From assembly GCA_965197585.1 (NCBI GenBank), contig OZ240215.1:992001-1056000 (forward strand): a stretch of 64,000 bases of DNA. The letters are read 5' to 3'. The number at the start of each line of letters is the position of its first letter. Within the stretch, counting starts at the first letter, position 1. The notes beneath the pieces are model-generated. The model saw only the letters and a program-made list of their open reading frames with translations. It was not told where the DNA came from and ran no database searches. Positions 8,556 to 17,667 of the stretch are shown here, piece by piece. Position numbers and translations under genes: made by a program. The DNA is from Dehalococcoidia bacterium. GTDB lineage: Bacteria; Chloroflexota; Dehalococcoidia; Plut-88900.

Positions 8556-10523
8556 TTACACAGCCCTCCCCGCCCGAGTCCCCTCCAGGATGGCGTCGTG
8601 GATGCGGCGGGGGGCCATTGCGTCGCCGACGAGCCGGACGTCATCTACCTTACCCTTTAGTGTCTTGTACAGGTCGTCCTGCGCCCGACGCAGACCCGCG
8701 TGGACTATGGTGGCAACGCCGTCCACGGTGCGCTCTTCGTTGTTGTAGATGTTGCGAAGGACGACCTGCTCCTCCCGGATCTCTTTTACCTCGGTGTTGG
8801 GGCTGAGGGTGACGTGGTTGGTGTAGAGACGCTGGTAGACCAGGGGTTTGACGCTGATGTCGATGTCCTCGCCGACGGTGAAGAGGTCGGAGACTACCTC
8901 AACCTTGCTGCCCTGCAAGGCCAATTGCTCGGCGACGGCGGGGCCCTTGTGATGACCGTCCTGATCGATTACCAGCACTTTGTCACCCCAGTCCACTTCT
9001 TTGGTCAGGGCCTCTTCAGTGGTCACCACGGGCCCCGACTCTGCGCCGGGAATGTCGGGGGGCAGGGCTACCGAGCCGGCGGCTATGATGACGGCGTCGG
9101 GGGACTCGGAGAGGATGGAGTCGGCGGTGGCTTCGGTGCCAAGGCGGATGTCGACACCCAGCTTTCGGGCCTGCTCTTCCAGCCAGATGGTGATTGCCCC
9201 GAAGTCCTCCCTGCCTGCGGCCTTGGTATAGGGGGTGATCTGTCCTCCCAGAACAGGCTTCTTTTCGAAAAGGACCACGTTGTGGCCGCGCTCTGCTGCG
9301 ACTCGGGCAGCTTCCAGGCCCGCAGGCCCGCCGCCAACAACTACGACCTTTTTCTTGCTCTTGGCGGGTTTTACGACAGCGAGCTCGGTCTCGCGGCTGA
9401 TGACCGGGTTGTGGATACAAGTGATGGGCTTGCCGTGGAAAAGACGCCCGATGCAGCCCTGGTTGCTGCCGATGCACGGCCGGATATCCTCGACCCTGCC
9501 CTCGCGAGCCTTGTTGGCAAGGTGGGGGTCGGCGATCATTGCCCGGGTCATGGCCACCAGGTCGGCCTTGGATTCGGAGACAATCCATTCGCCCTGCATG
9601 GGGTCGGTGATCCGGCCGGCGATTAGGATGGCGAGGCTGCTATGGCGCTTGACCTCGGCGGACCAGTCGACCCAGAGGCCTGTCTTGAACCACATCGCAG
9701 GCACGGCCTCCGACTGTCCCATCATGTACTCAGGCGTCGCACCGACGACGCTCAGGTAGTCGGCCTGGCCCGTGGTCTCGAGAATTTCGATTATATCGAG
9801 TTGGTCGGCACGGGAAAGGCCGCCCTTGGTCCTCTCATCCTCACCCCCGACCCGAAGGCCTACCACGAAGTCCTCTCCCACGTTTTCCCTGACCGACTCC
9901 ATGACTTCCTTTGAGAAGCGGATCCGGTTTTCGAGCGAGCCGCCGTAGGAATCGGTGCGCTGGTTGGAGAAGGGAGAGAGGAATTGCTCGGGGAGGTGGC
10001 CTGAGCCGATCATGATCTCGACACCGTCGAATCCACCGGCCTTGAGCCGGCCCGCGGCCTTTCCGTAGGCCCGGACTACGTCGTTGATCTGATCGATTTC
10101 CATCTCGTGAGGCGTCTCTCTGTGGACGCGCTCGGGGAGGCCGGAGGGAGCTAGAAGGGGCGTCCAGGACAGGTCGGAGGCGCCGCGTCGGCCCCGGTGA
10201 GAGATTTGGGCAAAGATTTTTGCGCCGTGCCTGTGGACGGCGGCTGACGCGTTGATGAGGTAGGGGATTACCTTGTCGTTGTAGAGCTCGACGCCACCCC
10301 AGTCGAAGGCGGGGGAGGAATCGTGGACGGCGGCAGAACCGTAGCAGATGATCAGGCCTGCACCGCCTCGGGCCTTCTCGGCCTGGTAGGCGTTGAGCGT
10401 GGGCCCTGGCATACCGTCTTCGGCGAGGACCGTCGCGTGGCCCGTGCTGACAATGCGGTTTCGTATGACGACGTTTCGCATGGTCAGTGGGCTGAACAGG
10501 TTGGGGAATGGGGTTGTTGCCAT
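8556..10523 (-). CDS. NADH:flavin oxidoreductase (OYE-like TIM barrel + 4Fe-4S + FAD domain, FadH/TMADH-like)
   Basis: EKARGGAGLI, QFLSP..NQRTDSYGGS, CIGSNQGC, VVGGGPAGLEAA. Confidence 0.9.
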   Translation of the reverse strand: MATTPFPNLFSPLTMRNVVIRNRIVSTGHATVLAEDGMPGPTLNAYQAEKARGGAGLIICYGSAAVHDSSPAFDWGGVELYNDKVIPYLINASAAVHRHGAKIFAQISHRGRRGASDLSWTPLLAPSGLPERVHRETPHEMEIDQINDVVRAYGKAAGRLKAGGFDGVEIMIGSGHLPEQFLSPFSNQRTDSYGGSLENRIRFSKEVMESVRENVGEDFVVGLRVGGEDERTKGGLSRADQLDIIEILETTGQADYLSVVGATPEYMMGQSEAVPAMWFKTGLWVDWSAEVKRHSSLAILIAGRITDPMQGEWIVSESKADLVAMTRAMIADPHLANKAREGRVEDIRPCIGSNQGCIGRLFHGKPITCIHNPVISRETELAVVKPAKSKKKVVVVGGGPAGLEAARVAAERGHNVVLFEKKPVLGGQITPYTKAAGREDFGAITIWLEEQARKLGVDIRLGTEATADSILSESPDAVIIAAGSVALPPDIPGAESGPVVTTEEALTKEVDWGDKVLVIDQDGHHKGPAVAEQLALQGSKVEVVSDLFTVGEDIDISVKPLVYQRLYTNHVTLSPNTEVKEIREEQVVLRNIYNNEERTVDGVATIVHAGLRRAQDDLYKTLKGKVDDVRLVGDAMAPRRIHDAILEGTRAGRAV

Positions 10524-10583
10524 TGTCAGGGTTCCTCCGATAGAGGTGTCGATTCGATGTCGACGGTATGCCGAGTTAGCCGG

Positions 10584-11444
10584 TTAAACCAGGGCTACGG
10601 GGTTCCAAGGGGTGCCCGATGCCTCGGTGAGAGGGAGAGGCGCGCCCACGAACATGAATTCGTAGACCTGGTCTCGGGCCAGCTCCTCCAGGTTCATATT
10701 CTCCAGCAGGTAGATGCCGAGGTCTCGGAGGGCGAAGCGATGGAGCATGCTGGCACCATACCCGTCGACAGCCCCTTGCACTTCGATGGTCGGCTGGTCC
10801 GCCCCGATGGCGCAAACGTCTCTTTCCTTGAGCCACGGGGCAAGGGAGCCGTCAGGGCCGGGGACGCCGGAGCTCCAGAGGGCGTAGTCGCTGTAGAAGA
10901 CGGTGTGCCAGCCGGTGCGGAAGAGGAGGATGTCTCCCGGCTCGATGGCTATGCCCTGAGACGCAGCGACGGCGTCCATCTCTTCGCCGGTCAAGACTTC
11001 GCCGGGGCCCATGTGCTCGGTTCCCCGGTACCGGGGAACATCCAACATGATCCCGCGTCCGACCATGGTCTTCACCTGGTCGATGCCAATCTTGCGAACG
11101 CCGGCTTTGAAGACCTGCTCCTCCGAGTAGCCGTTATAGAACTGTCCCTCGGCCCAAGTGTGCCCGAGGGAGTCGATGTGGGTGCCGGAATGGGTATCGA
11201 TGGTAAGGACGTCTTCGGTGAAGCTGACGTCGGGGCCCGGGGAGGTGAAGGTGACCTTCCAAGTCTTGTGGAAGGGAACGTGCTGGTGGCCGTTACGCTC
11301 CAGGGGCACGGCGAGGCTGTAGGCCTTGCCCTTCTTGATCAGTTTGGCGGCCTTGAGCATCACGTCGGGAGTAAGGAGGTTGAGAGCCCCGACACTGTCG
11401 TCGGCGCCCCATCTTCCCCAGTTAGATACGGCAGCTTGAGTCAT
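10584..11444 (-). CDS. Cyclase family (kynurenine formamidase-like) metal hydrolase
   Basis: NWGRWG.DD..GALN, HSGTHIDSLGH, GDILLFRTG; GGAGG SD. Confidence 0.88.
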   Translation of the reverse strand: MTQAAVSNWGRWGADDSVGALNLLTPDVMLKAAKLIKKGKAYSLAVPLERNGHQHVPFHKTWKVTFTSPGPDVSFTEDVLTIDTHSGTHIDSLGHTWAEGQFYNGYSEEQVFKAGVRKIGIDQVKTMVGRGIMLDVPRYRGTEHMGPGEVLTGEEMDAVAASQGIAIEPGDILLFRTGWHTVFYSDYALWSSGVPGPDGSLAPWLKERDVCAIGADQPTIEVQGAVDGYGASMLHRFALRDLGIYLLENMNLEELARDQVYEFMFVGAPLPLTEASGTPWNPVALV

Positions 11445-11527
11445 GGCATTGCCTCCGGTTGAAGTGTGATAGTGGAATTGAGGATATTCTAACATCGCCC
11501 GCCTTTGTAAAGGGGCAGGCATGGGGC

Positions 11528-11550
11528 GGCGGTTCTCGAACCGCCCCTAC
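11528..11550 (-). repeat. GTAG-type REP-like palindrome
   Basis: GTAGGGGCGGTTCGAGAACCGCC on the minus strand. Confidence 0.6.
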
Positions 11551-12158
11551 GGGAGGGAGCCTCCAAGGAAGGACTTGAGCATGATGTGCGCCATCGGTAG
11601 GAGCATGATCGGGGCAAGCAGGTAGGTCTTCCTTGTCTTGAAGCCGAAGGCAATTTCGTAGAAGGCACGTGGTAGGAAGGACACGAAGACATAGGCGAAA
11701 AGCCCGATGAAAAGGGTGTGCGGCACTGACCAGAGGCCGTGATAGGTCTCAGTTAGAAAAATGCTGAAGGCCGCCGTGGCCCCTGCCGAAATGGTCGCTA
11801 TGAAGGCACTAGCGATTGTAATTCCGACGCCCGACTCCCTGGGTATCTCGATGGAGGCAGAGCGGTAGAAGAAAGCCATGAGAGCGGTGGCGAGGGGCAG
11901 GAGGATGAGGTCGCCGACCATAAAGGCCGGGCTGCGGAGGAAGACGCTGGTTATGACTTCGAGGCGCCAGGCGATGAGGAGAAGCGAACCCCACCCGAGA
12001 ACCAGAATCATCAGCCCGACAATGAGCGGGTGAAGGGACATCAACCGGGCGAGAGGATCACCTGCTAGGAGGGCTCTCGGACCGGCTCTTTTCTTTTCTT
12101 CAGACTCGGGGTGGGGCGGTCGCTTGGGGAGGTCGAACCTCGAGCAGCGTGTTGTCAT
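11547..12158 (-). CDS. Hypothetical multi-pass membrane protein (start may be ATG at 12041)
   Basis: About five hydrophobic segments; same strand as the flanking genes. Confidence 0.6.
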   Translation of the reverse strand: MTTRCSRFDLPKRPPHPESEEKKRAGPRALLAGDPLARLMSLHPLIVGLMILVLGWGSLLLIAWRLEVITSVFLRSPAFMVGDLILLPLATALMAFFYRSASIEIPRESGVGITIASAFIATISAGATAAFSIFLTETYHGLWSVPHTLFIGLFAYVFVSFLPRAFYEIAFGFKTRKTYLLAPIMLLPMAHIMLKSFLGGSLP

Positions 12159-12168
12159 CGGGGGTGCG

Positions 12169-13464
12169 TCAGACCACGGCTTTGATCATATCCATGTCTC
12201 CATCCTTGAAGCGGCTGTGTCGGAGAGCATGGATGTCAACGGAAGATTCCCCGTCGGCTATTAGCTCGGCGGTGACCTTGCCTGCGATCGGCCCGATGCC
12301 TATGCCCCGACCGCTGAACCCTGTGCAGAAGTAGAACCCCTTTGGAGAATCAGCTTCTCCTATAACGGAAAGGGCGTCGGGAGTAGCGTCGATGCGGCCC
12401 GACCAGTAGTGGTTGATCTTCAGGTCCTTCAGATCGGGGAACATGGACTTGAAGGTGACCAGGGCCTTGTCGATAACCTTCCTGTTGGGCTCGGGCTCGA
12501 CGCCCACGGTGTGAGCGAAGGGGTGTCGGCGGGATGGGGAGCCGGGCAAGCTTCTCAGGATGTCCTTTATCAGCGCACTCCCGACATGAAGACGGAACAT
12601 CTCTCGGTTCCTGCGGAAGTTTGGCATGAAAAGACGGATGTGTTTGAAGCTGTCCAGGTCAACGTCGTAGTCCGTGCCACCGGACCCCGGTGCGATGTAG
12701 ACCTCGCCCGTTGGCCTCTGCCGGAAGGCGATCCGGGGCCCGATGACCGCCATATCGGTAACGTGGTCGGTAGGGTTAGTCTGCCCGACGCTCGCCCGCA
12801 CCATCCGGTAGGGAAGGGTTTGGCCGACCATGCGGGCCACTTTGTGAGACCATGCCCCGGCCGCGCAGACTACGTTCTTGGTGACGATTCTGTCCCTTTC
12901 GGTGACTACGGCGGAGACTTGGCCATCGGTCACCTCGATGCCCTCGACGGCCTCCATAGTCCTGAAAAGGGCGCCGTGCTCCCGTGCCCCGATGGCGATG
13001 GCGTTCGTTGCCTTGTTGGGCTGGGCGTGGCCGTCGCTCGGGGTATACATGGCCCCAAGCCACTCACCCCGCATGGCCGGAAGAAGCTCTTTCACGTCCT
13101 CGTTGGTCAGGAACTTGGTCTCGATGCCGAACTGCTCCCCGACTTTGAGCCACGCTCGGATTCTTCCGAGTATCTCCTCGTCTCCCGCCAGGGTTAGTGA
13201 GCCACCCTGGTTCCATTCCACGTCTGCATCAAGCTCGCGCTCCATCTCCTGCCATACTATGGCCCCGGCAATCATCAGGGGCAGCTCGCGGGCGGTACGG
13301 GCCTGCTGGCGTACGAAACCCCAGGCTCGGCTGGACTGCTCATCCCCGACCTCGCCTTTATCGACTACTACTACGTTGAGGCCCTTCTTGGAGAGGTAGT
13401 AAGCGGTGGCGCAACCGGCTATCCCGGCCCCGATTACGACTACGTCGGCGGTGCGAGTATTCAT
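12169..13464 (-). CDS. FAD-dependent oxidoreductase, DAO/D-amino-acid dehydrogenase family
   Basis: VVIGAGIAG, EQSSRAWGFVRQQ, DATPD, GFSG.GIGIGP. Confidence 0.88.
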   Translation of the reverse strand: MNTRTADVVVIGAGIAGCATAYYLSKKGLNVVVVDKGEVGDEQSSRAWGFVRQQARTARELPLMIAGAIVWQEMERELDADVEWNQGGSLTLAGDEEILGRIRAWLKVGEQFGIETKFLTNEDVKELLPAMRGEWLGAMYTPSDGHAQPNKATNAIAIGAREHGALFRTMEAVEGIEVTDGQVSAVVTERDRIVTKNVVCAAGAWSHKVARMVGQTLPYRMVRASVGQTNPTDHVTDMAVIGPRIAFRQRPTGEVYIAPGSGGTDYDVDLDSFKHIRLFMPNFRRNREMFRLHVGSALIKDILRSLPGSPSRRHPFAHTVGVEPEPNRKVIDKALVTFKSMFPDLKDLKINHYWSGRIDATPDALSVIGEADSPKGFYFCTGFSGRGIGIGPIAGKVTAELIADGESSVDIHALRHSRFKDGDMDMIKAVV

Positions 13465-13474
13465 GCACGATCAC

Positions 13475-13915
13475 CTAGCCTTGGTTTTCTGGCGGGTAGA
13501 CTCGCTTGGCACACAGTTTATCGTTAGCCATTTCAAAGATTTCCACGTCATCCGGAAATAGGTGGCAGTAGCGTCTTACGTAGTGCTCTGCCAAAGTTTC
13601 ACCGGCTCGGTTTTTGTCAGTCTTCCGTAAGAAGAGCATCTTATTGTACTTATCGGATGTGGCAGAAAAGTAAAGCATTGCCTCGTTAGCCGTTGAGAAC
13701 TTGGCGCTAGGTGACCCTCCGCTTTTTAACCAACTGTACGATTTGCATTCAACCAGCAGGGCGTCGCTACCTAAATCGAACTTGTGCAACGCATTGTGCC
13801 GAGTATTTACACTGATCGTGACCTTATGCTCTGCCTCTAGGCAGTGCCCCTTGCATTCCTTCAAGTAGCGTTGAACACGACAAGTGAATTGTCTTCCCTT
13901 TTCGAAGTTGTTCAT
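13475..13915 (-). CDS. Hypothetical protein, putative PD-(D/E)XK nuclease fold
   Basis: E...HKFD...VECKS pattern; AT-richer than its neighbours. Confidence 0.55.
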   Translation of the reverse strand: MNNFEKGRQFTCRVQRYLKECKGHCLEAEHKVTISVNTRHNALHKFDLGSDALLVECKSYSWLKSGGSPSAKFSTANEAMLYFSATSDKYNKMLFLRKTDKNRAGETLAEHYVRRYCHLFPDDVEIFEMANDKLCAKRVYPPENQG

Positions 13916-14130
13916 CTATCTCCCCACTCTTTCAATTTATCTCGCACACAATACTCGCGCACAACAAGGGAATAGTGCCTCTATACGTCACGTATAGAAC
14001 AGCTAGTGAACTGGTTGACAATTCTATCATGTTCTAATAGATTATCCGATAATGCTGGTAGAATACATACGACAAAACCTCTTCACCTACCTACAGCACT
14101 CTCATTTAATAGCATGTTATTTATCATATT

Positions 14131-14292
14131 ATGCCAGTTATCATTTGTTTGGGCCTAATCTTGCTAGGTTTACTGGCCTTCACACAAGGCTGGTACTTCC
14201 GTGGTAACGCCCTGGTCGCTGCCGCCTTCATCCTTATGGGCCTCTCAGCTATATCCCGCGTCTTAGTCGCCGTGTGGCCCGCAGCTGCATAA
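14131..14292 (+). CDS. Small 53-aa membrane protein with two hydrophobic segments (below the ORF-track cutoff)
   Basis: Hand translation MPVIICLGLILLGLLAFTQGWYFRGNALVAAAFILMGLSAISRVLVAVWPAAA*. Confidence 0.45.
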   Translation: MPVIICLGLILLGLLAFTQGWYFRGNALVAAAFILMGLSAISRVLVAVWPAAA

Positions 14293-14313
14293 AAACGTCC
14301 CTTTTCAACCAAT

Positions 14314-14592
14314 ATGCGTATGAACAATCTTTGGGAACAAGCCTACCTTCCGGGCACTGGGGCTGAGCTTTATCAATGCGATGGCAAACTATGGCACTCT
14401 ATTGAATACCACGATCCGGACTACATGACCTGGATAAACGGACACCCAGGCACACCACAGCCTGAGGATGGGTTTTACTGCGACTCGTGTGTTTGGTATG
14501 CTGAACGAGAGGCCAAGAAGGGTAACAGACCCGAAGTTGCTCTCGGCCCGACCCTGGATGAAGAGCTAAAGCGACGACTCTTGTCTTCCTAA
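14314..14592 (+). CDS. Hypothetical protein, possibly Zn-binding
   Basis: C..H..H and CDSC residues; 92-aa ORF in the low-GC islet. Confidence 0.5.
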   Translation: MRMNNLWEQAYLPGTGAELYQCDGKLWHSIEYHDPDYMTWINGHPGTPQPEDGFYCDSCVWYAEREAKKGNRPEVALGPTLDEELKRRLLSS

Positions 14593-14628
14593 ATCCCGTG
14601 GTGTAAAGGTATCTATCCCTAGACAAAA

Positions 14629-15507
14629 CTACTCCCGGGGCTTTGACCTGGGGCCGAAGGGCTCGGGGATGAAGGGGCCGTCGCGGAGCTTGAGGAACTC
14701 ACGGAGACCGCCGCGGCGCTGGGCATCGTCCAGAGGCTGGTAGAAGTCTCGGCTGCGGGAGAGGTGAGCCAGGGCCTTCATCTCGTTGTTGAGGAGGAGG
14801 GCGTTGCGAAGACCCATCATGTTGAGGCCCTGGGTAGCGACCTGAAGGTTAATCTTCACGGTCTCGGGGGCGTTCATGGCGATGCGCTCGACTATGGAGA
14901 AGCAGCGGTCTATAAGCTGGTTGTGGGGCACGACTTCGTTGATCAGACCGATGCGGAGAGCTTCATGGGCGTCGATGTGGTCGCCGGTAAGGGCGTAGCG
15001 CAGGGCGTGCTTGTACCCGGCGTTGAGGACCCAGAAAAAATTGGTGTCGTCACCCATCCGGACCTCGGGCTGACCGAAGACGGCCTCGTCTGAGGCAAAG
15101 GTCATGTGACAGGCGAGGGCGTACCAGGAGGCTCCAGCGAGACACCAGCCGTTCACTGCGGCAATCACGGGCGTTCCCATGTCCCAAATCTGCAGGAGGT
15201 TCGCCTGCTCACCCTTGTCATGGTTCCGCTGAAACTCAATCTGCTCGGCGATGTTTGCGCCTTCGGGCAGTCCCGAGGGCCATTCCATTGGGCGTCCCGC
15301 TCCGATGTCGTATCCTGACGAAAAGGCCCGGCCCGAGCCGGTAATGACGACGGCGCGGACCTCGGGGTCAGCGTCTGCGGCGTAGAGGGCGTTGCTTAGC
15401 TCAGACGCTACCTCTTGCGAGATGGCGTTCAGGGTCTCGGGGCGGTTGAGGGTGATGAGGACACCCTTACGCTGCTTCTCGTAGAGGATAGTGTTGTATT
15501 CGGTCAT
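14629..15507 (-). CDS. Enoyl-CoA hydratase/isomerase (crotonase) family
   Basis: ITLNRPETLNA, GRAFSSGYD, IAAVNG, FGQPEV. Confidence 0.92.
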   Translation of the reverse strand: MTEYNTILYEKQRKGVLITLNRPETLNAISQEVASELSNALYAADADPEVRAVVITGSGRAFSSGYDIGAGRPMEWPSGLPEGANIAEQIEFQRNHDKGEQANLLQIWDMGTPVIAAVNGWCLAGASWYALACHMTFASDEAVFGQPEVRMGDDTNFFWVLNAGYKHALRYALTGDHIDAHEALRIGLINEVVPHNQLIDRCFSIVERIAMNAPETVKINLQVATQGLNMMGLRNALLLNNEMKALAHLSRSRDFYQPLDDAQRRGGLREFLKLRDGPFIPEPFGPRSKPRE

Positions 15508-15603
15508 GAGGTGCTCCTTCTTTTGAACGGCTGATGAGGCAACACTATCGTGTCGTATTTGTGATGGTTGTGCAACACTTTATTTCCCGCCCCCCTGCCC
15601 CTC

Positions 15604-15750
15604 GTCGTTTCTGCGCAGGCAGGAACCCACCCTTTTCTCCCCCGTCATTCCGGCCGCCGAGGCGTGAATCCATCCTTGGGGAGGGGCCGCTCATCCTGAG
15701 CTTGCTGTAAGTCCGCTGAGGCGGATCGAAGGGTCGAGCGGGGGGAGGCC
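15604..15750. repeat. Cluster of REP-like palindromes (GTCATTCC type and CCTGAGCTTG..TCGAAGG type)
   Basis: Similar cluster at 54213-54360: GAATCCATCC..GGGG..AGGGGCCGCTCA.CCTGAGCT..TCGAAGGGTCGAGCGGGGGG. Confidence 0.7.
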
Positions 15751-15809
15751 CAGTTTTGCCAATACATCGCCCTCACCCCCCGCCTCCACCCCAGCCCCCC
15801 TGTCATTCC

Positions 15810-16865
15810 TGTAAGTGTTAGGTAATTCGTTGACAGATTGGTATAAGAGGCCAACACCAATCTGGAGGCGAGAATGCGAGACAATAGCAAGGACCTCACC
15901 CTTGAACGGAACTACATTCAGAAGTGGCGGTTCCTCATCCATGAGTATCAACTGGTCAAGGCAGGGAAGCATCCCCGTTTCCGCTTCGCCCAGGACTTCT
16001 ACTCCTTCCACGGCACTAGCCGTCAGACCTTCGCCAAGTACTACAACCGGTTCCTCCTTTCCCCCTCCGACAACGCCTTCCTCCCCCGTAAGCGGGGTCC
16101 CGGGTGGAAGTCCCGCCGCACCCTGCCCTACATTGAGCAGAAGGTCATCAACGAGCGCCTTAACGGTACCAACCGTTACGAGATCTATGCCATACTCAAA
16201 CCCATCCTTAAACACAACACCCCTAAGCCCTCCACCATCTACGCCATCACCAGACGCCACGGTTTCAATAGGCTCACAAAGCCGATGCAGCAGTCGAAGC
16301 GCAAGATCATCAAGACCCGGGCAGGAGAGCTGGGCCACCTGGACAGCCACCACCTCAGCCGGGATACCATCGTGGGCACCAAGCACCGCTACTACCTGGT
16401 GGGCCTCATCGACGCCTACACCCGTCTGGCCTGGGCCGAAGTGGTCGGAGACATCAAGAGTCTCTCCGTTATGTTTGCTACTCTGAAGTCCATCAATTTC
16501 CTTAACGTGGAGTACGGCATCCAATTCGAGGCCATCCTCACCGACAACGGCCCCGAGATGGCCTCCCCAAGGAACACCGAGGGCCACCCCATGGAACGGA
16601 TGCTCAATGAGCTGGGCATAAAGCACCGCTACACCCGACCCTATAGGCCCCAGACCAACGGGAAGATAGAGCGGTTCTGGAGAACCTTGAACGAGGACCT
16701 GCTGGAGGGGACAACCTTCGAATCGGTCTCGGAACTGAAGGACGAGCTTCAGCAATACCTGATCTACTACAATACTCAGAGACCCCACCAGGCAATGGAC
16801 GGAAAGACCCCTTTGGAGACCCTTAAATCCACCTAATTCTGTCAACGAATTACCTGACATCCACA
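15810..16865 (+). mobile_element. IS481-family insertion sequence, 1056 bp, apparently intact
   Basis: 28-bp imperfect TIRs TGTAAGTGTTAGGTAATTCGTTGACAGA (15810-15837) and TCTGTCAACGAATTACCTGACATCCACA (16838-16865); TGT...ACA ends; 5-bp target duplication ATTCC. Confidence 0.9.
15874..16836 (+). CDS. IS481-family DDE transposase (integrase core)
   Basis: GELGHLD, LTDNGPE, PYRPQTNGKIERFW, YYNTQRPHQ. Confidence 0.92.
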   Translation: MRDNSKDLTLERNYIQKWRFLIHEYQLVKAGKHPRFRFAQDFYSFHGTSRQTFAKYYNRFLLSPSDNAFLPRKRGPGWKSRRTLPYIEQKVINERLNGTNRYEIYAILKPILKHNTPKPSTIYAITRRHGFNRLTKPMQQSKRKIIKTRAGELGHLDSHHLSRDTIVGTKHRYYLVGLIDAYTRLAWAEVVGDIKSLSVMFATLKSINFLNVEYGIQFEAILTDNGPEMASPRNTEGHPMERMLNELGIKHRYTRPYRPQTNGKIERFWRTLNEDLLEGTTFESVSELKDELQQYLIYYNTQRPHQAMDGKTPLETLKST

Positions 16866-16907
16866 ATTCCGAGGCTCCGCGAGGAATCCGGGGGGCAGCG
16901 TCCTGTC

Positions 16908-16944
16908 CCCTCTCCCTTTGATGGGAGAGGGCTAGGGTGAGGGT
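16908..16944. repeat. REP-like palindrome CCCTCTCCC...GGGAGAGGG..GGGTGAGGG
   Basis: CCCTCTCCCtttgatGGGAGAGGGCTAGGGTGAGGGT. Confidence 0.65.
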
Positions 16945-16963
16945 GATCCTACTTGGCAAATTG

Positions 16964-17625
16964 TGACACGAACCCCTTGACTACATTGAAACATGTGTAC
17001 TATATTCACTCCCGACTAGCCAGTCACACACCCTAACCCCAAAGGAGGAACCCAAAACCCAAGGGGAAGCCCAGCCCCGGCCCCCGAGGACTCAACGTCT
17101 AAGCCCATCCCAAAGAGCGACGCGCGCCGCTCCATGGCTCAAGCAAACCACGCCATCTCCTCGTACAAAGGCCCCGGCTATCCCCTTCCCCCCGCCCCAG
17201 GCGATAGAAGACGCCCTGGTTCGTTAAGTTCCCATAGTGCCTTTCTGCCCTCTATCTCAACAGAGGGTCTCGTCCTTTTGGCAGCCGCCGGAGCCTCTTA
17301 ACCGCTCCCCAACGCTGCTCTGTCCGGAACGCCGCCGCTCCCCGCTCCAGGATGCGCCGGCGTATAGTGGCCCTGGCTGCGCCTCACAGCGTGGAACGTC
17401 CGCCCCTGGCGGACATTGCGGCCATTCTTTGAGGAGCCTGGCTCGAACTGTCGGCTCGAACCGGTCGCCCCGTGCGCCGAGCGCATGAGAACGCCAGCCG
17501 ACGCGTCCCAGCCCCCGGGCGCCGAGCTATAGATGCACTGAAACAGGGGCAGCGTCCAACGGGCGTCTTCCATCGCCAAACCCCAGCAAAACAACCGGAA
17601 CTTCAACCTCACAACCGAATATCGT
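16964..17625 (+). ncRNA. Candidate structured non-coding element, copy 1 of 2
   Basis: Homologous to 54395-55082; no shared ORF; inverted repeat 17200-17216 / 17561-17577. Confidence 0.4.
16977..17006 (+). promoter_or_regulatory. Sigma70-like promoter with LexA-like box (copy 1)
   Basis: TTGACT-18 nt-TATATT; AAAC-ATGT-GTAC abuts the -10; same arrangement at 54408-54437. Confidence 0.55.
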
Positions 17626-17667
17626 AAGGGCCGTTGCCATACCCTTCATTCTGGGGGCGTCGGAGCG

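Noticed and set aside
14124-14327. 67-aa minus-strand ORF
   Set aside because: The plus-strand 53-aa hydrophobic ORF, co-oriented with 14314-14592, is more plausible.
15604-15810. Repeat cluster considered as a CRISPR array or integron attC sites
   Set aside because: No regularly spaced identical repeats, no cas or intI gene, and no RYYYAAC/GTTRRRY boundaries.
17134-17301. 55-aa ORF MAQANHAISSYK... inside copy 1
   Set aside because: The ATG is GCG in copy 2, it lies about 85 nt from the SD, and the frames diverge.
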